In this document: positions 45,719-55,305 of the stretch, one piece after another
How the letters are laid out: every line of letters begins with the position of its first letter
How positions within the stretch are numbered: position 1 is the first letter of the stretch
Origin: Candidatus Levyibacteriota bacterium
GTDB lineage: Bacteria; Patescibacteriota; Microgenomatia; Levybacterales; UBA12049
Assembly (NCBI GenBank): GCA_016182235.1
Contig: JACOXT010000003.1
Span: forward strand, 386,209 to 450,208
DNA length: 64,000 bases
Reading direction: 5' to 3'
The notes under the pieces: model-generated
Database searches by the model: none
Seen by the model: only the letters and a program-made list of their open reading frames with translations
What the model was told of the DNA's origin: nothing
Translations under genes and position numbers: made by a program

Positions 45719-46881
45719 AAAGTTTTCGAAAGCGCGTTTTGCAGAATTACTTCAGTATCACATTGTTTTGACAGATTTAAAGCAGCTTCTCTAAACGTAG
45801 CATACGTTTTGGAACTTTTAAGAATAATTTTTATAGCCTTAATAAGACTTTCGCGAGAATAATTTATGATAATTCCTGCTTTATGCTTATCTATCTCTTG
45901 TGCAAAACTTGGTACATTGGTTATTATAACGGGGAGTCCGCATCCTAGGTAGATTTTTGGTTTTATCGGACTTGCGAAGTAAGTATAACTTGAAGGATCA
46001 GGTTTGTATGGCGCAAGCCCTATTCCGCACTTTGTAAGTATATCTTCAATTTTTCTATGATTAGCAATATATCCTGTAAAGTTAACAAATCGGTTAACGT
46101 TGTATTTTTTCGTGATTCTTTTCAACTCGTCTTCATAGTCTCCCGATCCAATAATAGTTAGGAGGAGTTTGGGAAAATATGATAAGAGTTTCGGCAATGC
46201 CTCAATCACAAGCTGCAGTCCTTGTTTTTCTAGCAAAACGCCTGCAAATACGAGATGGTAACGATCTATCTTTCCGATTGGGAGAACGGTAATATCTCTT
46301 TTCGGAAAACCCGTGGGAACTTCATGAAATACTGCTTGGTTGCCTATGAAGAATTTCTTAGTTTTTTTTATATTCAACATAGGTTGTGATTGAACCCAAT
46401 TAATATCAGCAGTAGCGCAAGCAATTTTGTCAGCCGCATGGTACAAAAAATTCAAAATTTTACTCTGAAACCTATAAGCAGTATAATCTATAGAGAAATA
46501 AACCAACTTTTTAGTTATCTTTATAAGCCGAAGCGGCAATACGGAAAGTGTTGATAGATTATCCAACGCAAAGCATACTGTGAAAGGAGAAGTGAATAAA
46601 GAAAAATATAAGATAATAAGTGGATGAAGTAAATACTGAAGTAAATCAGGACCTCTCAATCTGAAAGTTTTTTTTGCCTTGATAAGTTTTCCATTCTCGT
46701 AAATATCTATGTAGCATCTGTTGTCAACTGCGTATGGAAAGGGTAAGAGGATATATGTAATTCTTTTTACTCTTTTTAATAAAAATCTCCTTAGATCTTG
46801 TGGTGGACCTATGCTGTTGACTCTGTCTTCTAGTTGCGTGTAATGGCAAATTATTAAAACTGTATCATTTTTATTTAGCAT
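45715..46881 (-). CDS. Glycosyltransferase family 4 (GT-B)
   Basis: LVFAGVLLEKQGLQLVIEALP, and GCGLPVIITNVPSFAQEI. Paralogue of 13463-14602 and 56021-57229. Confidence 0.75.
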   Translation of the reverse strand: MLNKNDTVLIICHYTQLEDRVNSIGPPQDLRRFLLKRVKRITYILLPFPYAVDNRCYIDIYENGKLIKAKKTFRLRGPDLLQYLLHPLIILYFSLFTSPFTVCFALDNLSTLSVLPLRLIKITKKLVYFSIDYTAYRFQSKILNFLYHAADKIACATADINWVQSQPMLNIKKTKKFFIGNQAVFHEVPTGFPKRDITVLPIGKIDRYHLVFAGVLLEKQGLQLVIEALPKLLSYFPKLLLTIIGSGDYEDELKRITKKYNVNRFVNFTGYIANHRKIEDILTKCGIGLAPYKPDPSSYTYFASPIKPKIYLGCGLPVIITNVPSFAQEIDKHKAGIIINYSRESLIKAIKIILKSSKTYATFREAALNLSKQCDTEVILQNALSKTF

Positions 46882-46921
46882 ATTATGATCTTGCTTTGTT
46901 TCAACTATATTTTAAATTAGT

Positions 46922-46950
46922 TTGCAGGCTTTTTTCAAGTTTGATATGAT
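46922..46950 (+). promoter_or_regulatory. Sigma70-type promoter TTGCAG-17-TATGAT; +1 lies 4 nt before ATG 46961
   Basis: TTGCAG at 46922-46927 and TATGAT at 46945-46950. The track's TTG start at 46922 is the -35 box itself. Confidence 0.4.
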
Positions 46951-46960
46951 TGGAGTCCAA

Positions 46961-48010
46961 ATGATTGATAAGAAAACTATCTATTTTTATGGAAATTGGA
47001 AAACTCAAAGTGGATATATAGGAGAGCCACAAAGAACGCTTCAGGCTCTTATTGATAATTATAAAAAGAAAGGTATTGCAGCAGAAGTTTTAGACAGAAT
47101 TGATAAAATAGAAAAGACAGAAAAACATAGCATTAAAATATTGATTTTTGGCGATTTTACTACAATCTTAATAAGGGCTATTCTTTGTTTTTTATCAGGC
47201 ATAATTTTTTCCAATATACGTATTATTGTGTTTAAAAATAAAGCAACATTCAGGGATATATTCTTTTTTTTAAAAAATATAAATTCATTTAATAAAATTA
47301 AATATATAATAGGGTTTTCTCTTATTGAAATATTTTTACCTCAAAATTTATATAATTATTTACTCAAGATTTTTAAGAAAAAAATTTTTATTGTATTTTT
47401 TCCTACACATATAGTTGAAAGATCAAAAATATTTTTATGTAGATGCTTGGAGAAAAAATATGCTCAAAATATCTTATTTCAAAAAGATAAAAAATTTTAT
47501 AAAAATAAAATAACTTTAGTATACTTTGGTCAGGATTCTTATTTGAGAGGAGTGGACACAATTAATGAATTAAATGGGCATTATAAAGGTTATAATATTT
47601 TTTCTACTGGATTTTTTCCGTTTAAGGGGTATTTAGGGAAAAAAGGCTTCGGGTTACAAAATCTAATGTTTTATAATGACAAAAATGTTCTCGAAAAAGT
47701 CAAAAAAGCTACCTTTAGTATTTTTCCATTTAGAACAAAACATGGCGGTCCGGATGTCCCAGCTGCTCTAATAGAATCATTTTTTCTTGGAGTTCCGCCA
47801 ATCATCTCAAAAGTTCTTTTATTTGATGTTTTGCGGAATCATAATTATCCTCTTGTAATTGATACTATTTCCTCTGAATCTATAAAAAAATGCATAGAGG
47901 AAAATATAAGAAACGGAAAAGATTATGAAAAAATAATGAGTATTTGTTTCTCAATACGCCAAGAGATTATTGATAAATATAGCTATAATTTTCCCAAGTC
48001 ATATGCTTAA
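46961..48010 (+). CDS. Hypothetical protein, possibly a divergent GT-B-type glycosyltransferase
   Basis: Very AT-rich gene. The only suggestive motif is C-terminal: FPFRTKHGGPDVPAALIESFFLGVPPIISKV (compare GT-B G.p..llEA...G.PvI). The start is chosen from the promoter geometry. Confidence 0.3.
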   Translation: MIDKKTIYFYGNWKTQSGYIGEPQRTLQALIDNYKKKGIAAEVLDRIDKIEKTEKHSIKILIFGDFTTILIRAILCFLSGIIFSNIRIIVFKNKATFRDIFFFLKNINSFNKIKYIIGFSLIEIFLPQNLYNYLLKIFKKKIFIVFFPTHIVERSKIFLCRCLEKKYAQNILFQKDKKFYKNKITLVYFGQDSYLRGVDTINELNGHYKGYNIFSTGFFPFKGYLGKKGFGLQNLMFYNDKNVLEKVKKATFSIFPFRTKHGGPDVPAALIESFFLGVPPIISKVLLFDVLRNHNYPLVIDTISSESIKKCIEENIRNGKDYEKIMSICFSIRQEIIDKYSYNFPKSYA

Positions 48011-48623
48011 AAAGGAAATTATAACACTAATTGGAAATGACGGTTCTGGAAAAACATATCAAGCAAAGAAAATATTTGAGGAAATGAAAAAAAATAAAAT
48101 TCCAGCCAAAGTAATTCATTTTGACCATTTTTTTTTAAAGATTCCGAAATTTGCGGCGTCTAACAAATACCTAACCTCACAAGGAGAAGAAGATCAATCA
48201 ATTAGACTTTTTAAAACTTTAAAAGGAAATAAAATATTTCAACTCGTATTTCCGATAATTGCCTATATTGATTTTCTCTTTTTTTATATATTTAAGATAA
48301 TCTTTGTTTCAGAGAAAATAGTAATTTTAGATCGTTACTTTTATGACAAACTTATAAAATTTTATGATTTAAATATTTGTAATCAGAAAATCTTTAATCT
48401 ACTTTTAAGCATTGCTCCAGTTCCGAATCTAACTTTATATCTTAACTTATCACCCAAAGTGGGATTTAAAAGAAAAGAAGAAATGACAGTTTCAATTCTA
48501 AGCAGGAGAAAAAAACTTTACGATAAGCTCGTTAAAGATTTTGGATTTATTGTTATTAATGCGGACAAAAAAAAAGATAAAGTATTTTTGGAAATTATAG
48601 AAAAATTAAAATATGTTAAATAA
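48003..48623 (+). CDS. P-loop NTPase, thymidylate-kinase-like small kinase; substrate unknown
   Basis: Walker A LIGNDGSGKTYQAKKI (dTMP-kinase-like GxDGxGKT) and a LDRYFYD lid-like motif. ATG 48003 overlaps the upstream gene by 8 nt. Confidence 0.5.
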   Translation: MLKKEIITLIGNDGSGKTYQAKKIFEEMKKNKIPAKVIHFDHFFLKIPKFAASNKYLTSQGEEDQSIRLFKTLKGNKIFQLVFPIIAYIDFLFFYIFKIIFVSEKIVILDRYFYDKLIKFYDLNICNQKIFNLLLSIAPVPNLTLYLNLSPKVGFKRKEEMTVSILSRRKKLYDKLVKDFGFIVINADKKKDKVFLEIIEKLKYVK

Positions 48624-49596
48624 ATATTCGCAGATACTATTAAAAATTATTTATAAAAAGGAACTAACCCAAAAGGAGAATTCGTTATTTTTTAGGCAAT
48701 TTAATTCAATTTTGAAGAAAGCATCGGAAAATAGAATAGAATTTCTTTTTCTTAAAACTATTAAAAAGAATTACAAAGAGATGTTCAATAAGCTTTCTTT
48801 AAATGAAATGTATGGAGAAGGAGAAAATAAAATTTCTGATTTCCAAAGAACTATTTCATTTTTTCAAGATAAATTAAATGAATTAGAATATGCAATTATT
48901 AAAACATATTATTCTTTTCCCGCAATTGTAAGTGATATAGATATCCTATTCTTTGATAAAAAAGGATATGATGATTTTGTAGGAAGATTAGCTCAAGAAG
49001 GATTCAGTTATAAAGAGGACGACGAATTAAAAGGATCGTTGCAAAAATCAGGATTTATGAAGTGCGAGCCCCATAATGATATTTCTTGGCACGGAATGAG
49101 TTTCGTATCGAAAGACTTTATTAAAAATAATCTCACAAAAAAAAGAGTCGGCCAATCTGTCCTGACGATTCCCAACAACAAAGCAACATTCGTTATTTCC
49201 TTGGCCCACATCTTATTTGATTGCGAATATTTATCTATAAGAGACTATCTCGTTCTTAAAAAATCTGTGAAAGATAAAACTATTGTAGAAGCATGTATGG
49301 ACGAAGCAGATAAATTCGGTTGGAAAGATGCTGCAGAATATCTCATCAGCTTGTTGCAAGAGGTAAAAAAAGCATCAGAAGGAAAAACGGCAGTAGGACA
49401 AATGTCTTTTCCTTTCTGGATTCCCATAATGGATATGTATGCGTTTTTCAGAAATAAACTTATTTTTGATTTTCGTGAAAAAAAAGAAAACCACTTATCA
49501 TTTGAAAGCATTTTTTTTCCATTTATTTATTATTTTTGGAAAAGGTTGCGGTCAAAATTTTCAAAAAGAATTTATAGAAATTCATGGCTTTACTAA
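48613..49596 (+). CDS. Putative nucleotidyltransferase-fold protein (NTP_transf_5-like); function unknown
   Basis: IVSDIDILFFDKKGYDDFVGRLAQEGFSY resembles the catalytic D-x-D strand and following helix of minimal nucleotidyltransferases. Confidence 0.35.
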   Translation: MLNKYSQILLKIIYKKELTQKENSLFFRQFNSILKKASENRIEFLFLKTIKKNYKEMFNKLSLNEMYGEGENKISDFQRTISFFQDKLNELEYAIIKTYYSFPAIVSDIDILFFDKKGYDDFVGRLAQEGFSYKEDDELKGSLQKSGFMKCEPHNDISWHGMSFVSKDFIKNNLTKKRVGQSVLTIPNNKATFVISLAHILFDCEYLSIRDYLVLKKSVKDKTIVEACMDEADKFGWKDAAEYLISLLQEVKKASEGKTAVGQMSFPFWIPIMDMYAFFRNKLIFDFREKKENHLSFESIFFPFIYYFWKRLRSKFSKRIYRNSWLY

Positions 49597-50918
49597 GGGG
49601 TGAAGTCCGATAATGCCTTACTGTAGTAATATCTTTTTGTTATTTTGCTAAGTTTTATTAATGTAAAAAAAATTAAACAGGATGTCAGTCCAATATTTAT
49701 AAAAAGAGAAATCATTACAATATTATTTAGGCTATCGTGAAGATAAAAAATTCCTATAATTTGCAAAACTGCCGCAAAAAACGCTAGGTATCCGGGAATA
49801 AATTCATCAAGCGCAATAAAACCGTTAACTATAATATTTGAAACAGTGTAAAAAAGAATGGACAAACTATAATGAGGCAAGAGGGGAATTATTGTATAGT
49901 ATGTTGGAGAGAGTGCAAATGATACTAATTGTTTGGGAATTAATAAATACAGCAGGAAAACAGACGATCCCAGGACAAAAACTCCTAAAATAGCAATCTT
50001 GAATAATTTTTTACCGACAACATTGCTCTTTGCATTTATAATCGTAGGGAAAAGCACAATGCTTAATGGGGCTGTGGTTAGTAAGATTGCTTTTCCAGAA
50101 AGAGTAAGTGCCGCGTAATATCCTGCAAGGTCAGTGAGATAATGCTGAACCAGTATTAAGTCTACAGATATTAAAGATATTAGTCCCGTAATGCCAACTA
50201 TCGCATAGACAGACTCTTTAGTAAATGTCTTTACGCTAAAATTAATTTTCTCAAACGGGTTAATAAATAACCTGTCGCGTAATTGCCAAATCGAATACAA
50301 AAAAGTTAATATGCCGGATATAAAAAGAGACCAGATTGCACCATTTAAATTAAATCCTAAAAATAAAAGCGGAAAAAAAATAATTAATTTAGATACAGCT
50401 TGAAAAATAGAGTTTAATGCTAACGCAGAAAAAAGAAGATTGGCTCTCATTAACGATTTGTTGATAGACAAAAGGTATCCAAGTGTAGTTAGTAATATTA
50501 CAATAAATAAATTTCCAGATGTTACCGATCCGATGGAAATATCGCCGATGTTACTTATAATCATAAATGAAGAGAGCGACACTACCCCTACAATGATCAC
50601 GAAAAGATTGCTTTTGTTAACAAGCGCTGATGCCGAAGAGTAATTTTTTCTTGAAGTATATTTTGATAGTTGTTTTGTGAGCTGAATTGACACTAGAGCA
50701 GTTAGCGTTGTTAGCATATAGAACAGGCTAAGCATTGTTTGTAAAATTCCATAATTTTCAACGCTTAAATTTCTTGCAGTCGCTAAGTTAAATAGGAAAC
50801 TAAAACCGTTAACTAGCACGGAAGATGTAAAAATAATCAAAGAACCTGATAATAAATTTTTGTATATATGATTCGATGTAATAAAGCCGGCAATATAGGA
50901 TTTTATTTTCTGTAACAT
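49593..50918 (-). CDS. MOP/Wzx-type polysaccharide flippase
   Basis: 441 aa with about 12-14 hydrophobic segments throughout and no soluble domain. Its location in a glycan locus supports the call. Confidence 0.55.
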   Translation of the reverse strand: MLQKIKSYIAGFITSNHIYKNLLSGSLIIFTSSVLVNGFSFLFNLATARNLSVENYGILQTMLSLFYMLTTLTALVSIQLTKQLSKYTSRKNYSSASALVNKSNLFVIIVGVVSLSSFMIISNIGDISIGSVTSGNLFIVILLTTLGYLLSINKSLMRANLLFSALALNSIFQAVSKLIIFFPLLFLGFNLNGAIWSLFISGILTFLYSIWQLRDRLFINPFEKINFSVKTFTKESVYAIVGITGLISLISVDLILVQHYLTDLAGYYAALTLSGKAILLTTAPLSIVLFPTIINAKSNVVGKKLFKIAILGVFVLGSSVFLLYLLIPKQLVSFALSPTYYTIIPLLPHYSLSILFYTVSNIIVNGFIALDEFIPGYLAFFAAVLQIIGIFYLHDSLNNIVMISLFINIGLTSCLIFFTLIKLSKITKRYYYSKALSDFTP

Positions 50919-50953
50919 TTAGGTTTCTAGATTAGATTTTAGCATAATTGCAA

Positions 50954-50962
50954 TGTTATAAT
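50954..50962 (+). promoter_or_regulatory. Extended -10 promoter TGTTATAAT; +1 coincides with ATG 50969 (leaderless)
   Basis: TGTTATAAT at 50954-50962. Seven nucleotides downstream is 50969. On the opposite strand TGCTAAAAT (50944-50936) serves the flippase gene, with a leader of about 11 nt. Confidence 0.4.
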
Positions 50963-50968
50963 AACATT

Positions 50969-52672
50969 ATGTTTTTATCGCAAAAATTTTTCTTTCCCTT
51001 TATTCTGTCCATACTAATTCTTTTCACGTACTGGGATTTGCCTAAAACTTTTTTTCAGCAAGATGAATGGTGGACTTTTGGACAATATGTTCAGAATGAA
51101 CAAGCATACGGGGGTATTGAAGAGCTGATAAAAAGTTCAAAGCTAATAGGTAAAGGACATTTTACGCCACTTTTTAACATAATTTTTTTTCTTCAATACA
51201 AAATATTTGGAATGAATTTTTCTCTTTATGCACTTGTTAGTATTTTTACACATATCCTTAATATATTTTTGGCATATATTTTTGCCAATAGTATTTTGAA
51301 AAATAAATACCTTGCTATTTTAGCTTCTATTTTTTTTGCAACAAACAGCATTTCCCATCAAGCTATAAGTTGGGTTTCTGCTAGTCTAAATACACAGGGC
51401 TCTACACTTTTCTCAACTTTATCTTATTTGACATTTTTTCTTTATCTTAAAAAGGAAAATTCAAGAATGCTTTTTATCTCTTTCCTAAGTCTAATTGCTG
51501 CCCTTCTTTTTAAGGAAATACTTGCACCTTTTTTCATACTGCCTATTATGATTTTTCTTTATGCGAAAAAAGATATAAAAATTACACTTGTTAAAGTATT
51601 AAAGCCATTTAGTCTTATTTTTTTTTCTTATGTATTGTTTCGCATAGTTATATTTTTTTTGGCAAGTCCGTCTGTTGTGAATGCAGTCCAAGCACAACAT
51701 ACGGGAATATATGAATTTGCATTTAGAATAATTATTTTGCCATTTAGGGCAATTGCCCAGTCGCTTATCCCCTCAGAAATTTTACTATTTCTTTCGGAGA
51801 ATCTCATAAGACTTTCTTATCCTCAATTTATATATTCGGACAATGCAGTCGATCCATTCATAAGAGAAACCATTGCTTATGATTTGGTTTGTTTTTTTAT
51901 TTCAGTTATTATTTTATTTCTTTCTTATGTATCTTGCATTTTCTTCAAGAAAAAAAATGAAATTTTTTTAAGGGGAATAATCTTATTTTTATCAGTTATT
52001 ATTTTTAGCCTGATTGTAATTATTCTTATCTCAGGCCGTGCGGGATTTGTTTCCCTTATTGAGCCAAGACATTTTTATGTTGGAAGTCTTGGATCGTCTA
52101 CTTTTTTAATTTTGGTGTTGTTTGGATTATTTTCTTTGCTTTTCAAGCAAAAGGCAAAATTTATTTTGACCGCAATACTAATTCCAATTTTGCTTATCAA
52201 CATAGCGATTATTAAGAACGATATAAGCGGATTAGAATCTATTGGGTCTATAAGAAAAAAAATCCTGATGGATATTAAAGAAGATTATCCTCGTATTCCT
52301 AAGAATATCGTGCTTTATACGCAAAGTGATACCGCATATTACGGTATGCCTGATGACGAAAAAATTTTACCTGTGCAAGTAGGATTTGGATGGATGATTT
52401 TATCCTGGTACAATGAAAAAGGCAGTTTTCCTCCATGCATGTATGATCAAAAGCTATTCCTTCACTTACTTTCACAAGGATATAAAGAATGCAGCGGCCG
52501 TAGTTTCGGATATTTTAGAAATTACGAAAAGCTTATGGAATCAGTTGAAAAATACAATATTCCCTATGAAAATATTATTGCTTACTTATGGAAAAATGAT
52601 GTGAAAAAACTTACCAATGCAAGCGTTCTTATTCGTCATAAGCTTAAAAAAGATTTAGAAATTAAACTATGA
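50969..52672 (+). CDS. Polytopic membrane protein, paralogue family B (putative GT-C-like glycosyltransferase)
   Basis: LPKTFFQQDEWWTF (DE motif after TM1) and FGMNFSLYALVSIFTHILNIFLAYIF...NK..AILASIFFATN (PMT_2-like pattern). Soluble C-terminal domain with YKECSGRSFGYFRNYE. Confidence 0.5.
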   Translation: MFLSQKFFFPFILSILILFTYWDLPKTFFQQDEWWTFGQYVQNEQAYGGIEELIKSSKLIGKGHFTPLFNIIFFLQYKIFGMNFSLYALVSIFTHILNIFLAYIFANSILKNKYLAILASIFFATNSISHQAISWVSASLNTQGSTLFSTLSYLTFFLYLKKENSRMLFISFLSLIAALLFKEILAPFFILPIMIFLYAKKDIKITLVKVLKPFSLIFFSYVLFRIVIFFLASPSVVNAVQAQHTGIYEFAFRIIILPFRAIAQSLIPSEILLFLSENLIRLSYPQFIYSDNAVDPFIRETIAYDLVCFFISVIILFLSYVSCIFFKKKNEIFLRGIILFLSVIIFSLIVIILISGRAGFVSLIEPRHFYVGSLGSSTFLILVLFGLFSLLFKQKAKFILTAILIPILLINIAIIKNDISGLESIGSIRKKILMDIKEDYPRIPKNIVLYTQSDTAYYGMPDDEKILPVQVGFGWMILSWYNEKGSFPPCMYDQKLFLHLLSQGYKECSGRSFGYFRNYEKLMESVEKYNIPYENIIAYLWKNDVKKLTNASVLIRHKLKKDLEIKL

Positions 52673-54327
52673 GTCAATTAGTAGTTATTTTTATATATTT
52701 TTTTATCGCAGGAATTACTTTTGGTAAGCTACCGCTGACATTTTTCCAACAAGATGAGTGGGCGCTATTTAGCTACTTTATCTACTGGGATCGAGGGAAT
52801 CTAAGCTGGATTGATAGGCTATTTTTCTATGAGCAATATACTCACTTAATTCCATTAAGTAATTTACTTTCTTATGTTGAGTTTAAGCTATTTGGAATAG
52901 ATTTTACTTACTATGCGATTGTCAGCATATTCATTCATCTAGTAAGTACAATGTTGGTTTTTTATTTGAGCAGATCACTTTTTAAAAATCAAGCTCTAGG
53001 TTTTTTGGCTGGTTTACTCTTTTTAACAAATTCTATTTCTCACCAATCGATAACTTGGATTGTAACCACGATGGGTACAGGAGGATCAACTTTTTTCGTT
53101 TTGCTAACTTTGATTTTTTTCGTTAAGTATTTACAGAAAAAAAACAAAATTTATCTTGCTGTCTCTTTGTTGTTTATTTTTGTTTCTCTCCAATTCAAAG
53201 AAACGGCAATTTTTATTCTCTTAGTTCCTCCTATTTATTGGCTCCTTTTTAAAGAGGATAGAAAAATTACTTTTAGACATATCTTGATTCCGATTGCGAG
53301 TTTAGGAATGTTGTATGGAATATATAGATCCCTTTTCTTTATCGCATCTAAGCTTCCCGAAAGTATAGGCGCAGATTTATCACAGCCATCTGTAATGGTA
53401 TATGTCTTTCGGCTTTTTTCTCTTCCAATAAAAACAATTACACAAAGTCTAATTCCAGTCCCTTATATTATTCAGATTTCAGACAAGTTGATTCATCTTG
53501 GTTATCCTCAATTTGTTAGAGATGGAATTGCAAACGGTTATATTGTTGAGAGTGTTGGCGCGGATATAGTTTCGTTGTTTTTAGCACTGGGAATAATAAT
53601 AGTAAGTGCTTTTTGTATAGATATTTTTAAAAAGAGAGGAAATTTATTATATGCAAAAATTGTTGTTTTCTCTTTAATTTTCATCTCACTAAGTTCCGTT
53701 CCTTTATTGGTTATTCCAGGATCTGCCGGATATTTTTCTCTTTTTGACGGAAGACATCTATACATCACATCTATTTTTACGTCAATTTTGTTAACTTTAT
53801 TTTTTTACATGGTTTATTTAATTTTCAAAAAAATAAAGTTTATTAATTGGATGATAGGATTTTTGATTTTATTTTTTATAGTTTTTCATATTCAAAAAAT
53901 TAGAGGAGACATAAATCAGCAAGTTGGCACTGCCATTATTCGAAAATCTATACTTTCACAGATTATCTCCAAATATCCTGATCTTCCAAAAAAGACAGTA
54001 TTTTATATCGAAAGCGACAAACCTTATTATGGTTTACCTGAGAGAGAAAAAATTGTCCCATTTCAGTCGGGATTTGGACAGACGCTTCTTGTCTGGTACG
54101 ATTTTTACGGCCAAAAATATCCGGGATGTTTCTTTAAAGGAGAGTATCTATATGAAATCACTAGTGAAGGATACAGGGAGTGTGAGGGAAGAGGTTTCGG
54201 ATATTTCAGGAGGAAAGAGAGTTTACTCAAAGCAATTGAAGAATATAATATTCCTTTAGAAAATATTATTGGACTCAGTTATAACTCTTCTGCGCATAAG
54301 ATTTCGCTTATTGAATTGGATATTTGA
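52669..54327 (+). CDS. Polytopic membrane protein, paralogue family B (tandem second copy)
   Basis: ATGA overlap with the upstream gene. LPLTFFQQDEWALF, FGIDFTYYAIVSIFIHLVSTMLVFYL, and YRECEGRGFGYFRRKE at the C-terminus. Confidence 0.5.
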   Translation: MSQLVVIFIYFFIAGITFGKLPLTFFQQDEWALFSYFIYWDRGNLSWIDRLFFYEQYTHLIPLSNLLSYVEFKLFGIDFTYYAIVSIFIHLVSTMLVFYLSRSLFKNQALGFLAGLLFLTNSISHQSITWIVTTMGTGGSTFFVLLTLIFFVKYLQKKNKIYLAVSLLFIFVSLQFKETAIFILLVPPIYWLLFKEDRKITFRHILIPIASLGMLYGIYRSLFFIASKLPESIGADLSQPSVMVYVFRLFSLPIKTITQSLIPVPYIIQISDKLIHLGYPQFVRDGIANGYIVESVGADIVSLFLALGIIIVSAFCIDIFKKRGNLLYAKIVVFSLIFISLSSVPLLVIPGSAGYFSLFDGRHLYITSIFTSILLTLFFYMVYLIFKKIKFINWMIGFLILFFIVFHIQKIRGDINQQVGTAIIRKSILSQIISKYPDLPKKTVFYIESDKPYYGLPEREKIVPFQSGFGQTLLVWYDFYGQKYPGCFFKGEYLYEITSEGYRECEGRGFGYFRRKESLLKAIEEYNIPLENIIGLSYNSSAHKISLIELDI

Positions 54328-54333
54328 ATAATT

Positions 54334-55188
54334 CTATAAATTTACCTTCTTAAATAATTTTCTAATGCCTGCTGTTAAATAGCCGACTTCAAAGGGTATT
54401 CCTTTAAGAATGAGAAGTAGTATCGATCCTAAGCTTTCTACAATAAGCCCTTTTGTAAACAGTCCTGTTCTGAATCTTTCTTTTTGAGTCATAAGGAATT
54501 TGTATTTGCCTGAATGAGCATCCGAGCTTGTATAACCCCACCTGTAGAATTTTCTTATAAGGGTAAATATCGAATTAGGTTCGATGTGTTTTACGGCATT
54601 TGGAAGATTTTCAATTTTTTTGCTTAGTAACCATGCTTCATAGTAAACGACTGCATGGTCAGGACCTCCGGTATTGGCGTATATTCCTTTTGGTATATTC
54701 GAATAAGCTTTTCTTAATATTTTAGTATTGAAAAATCTTGGCATAATTACTCCCGTTAAGGGGCTGAAATCATTTATGGCATTTATTAATTTTCTGTCGC
54801 AGTCAAACAATTTTTCCAAAAAGTTTTCTGTGCTATATGGAATTTCTTCAAAAGCTAGCATGTCCATCTTATTTTTTTCCGCTTGCTTAACAGCTCTTTC
54901 AACAGAGTTTATATTAAGTATTTGATCGCTATCTAAAATCAAAACGTATTTTCCCTTAGCCTTCTTGATCCCTTCATACCTAGCCTCAAGCAACGAGCCC
55001 TTACAAGTTTTTATATCTTTAACGTTAAACTTTCTAGCTACTTTAATAGTATTGTCTTTTGATGCTCCATCTATCACGTTTATTTCTATATTTTTATAAG
55101 TTTGTTTCCTTATTGCATCCAAGCAAAGCTTCAAAGCTTTTTCGCTATTGTATGTGGGAATAGTGATTGTTACCAGAGGAGTTGTCAT
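54334..55188 (-). CDS. Glycosyltransferase family 2
   Basis: VTITIPTYNSEKALKLCLDAIRKQTY, NVIDGASKDNT and ILDSDQIL. TGTTATAAT (55214-55206, minus strand) lies upstream. Confidence 0.8.
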   Translation of the reverse strand: MTTPLVTITIPTYNSEKALKLCLDAIRKQTYKNIEINVIDGASKDNTIKVARKFNVKDIKTCKGSLLEARYEGIKKAKGKYVLILDSDQILNINSVERAVKQAEKNKMDMLAFEEIPYSTENFLEKLFDCDRKLINAINDFSPLTGVIMPRFFNTKILRKAYSNIPKGIYANTGGPDHAVVYYEAWLLSKKIENLPNAVKHIEPNSIFTLIRKFYRWGYTSSDAHSGKYKFLMTQKERFRTGLFTKGLIVESLGSILLLILKGIPFEVGYLTAGIRKLFKKVNL

Positions 55189-55305
55189 GTGAAAATTAGA
55201 TCTTTATTATAACACAAGCAGATGATAAAATCTTTTTATTAACAAAAATTTATTTTTGTGATTTTTAATCTAACAAATTTTTTTTCCTACATTTGGGAAG
55301 AGGCA

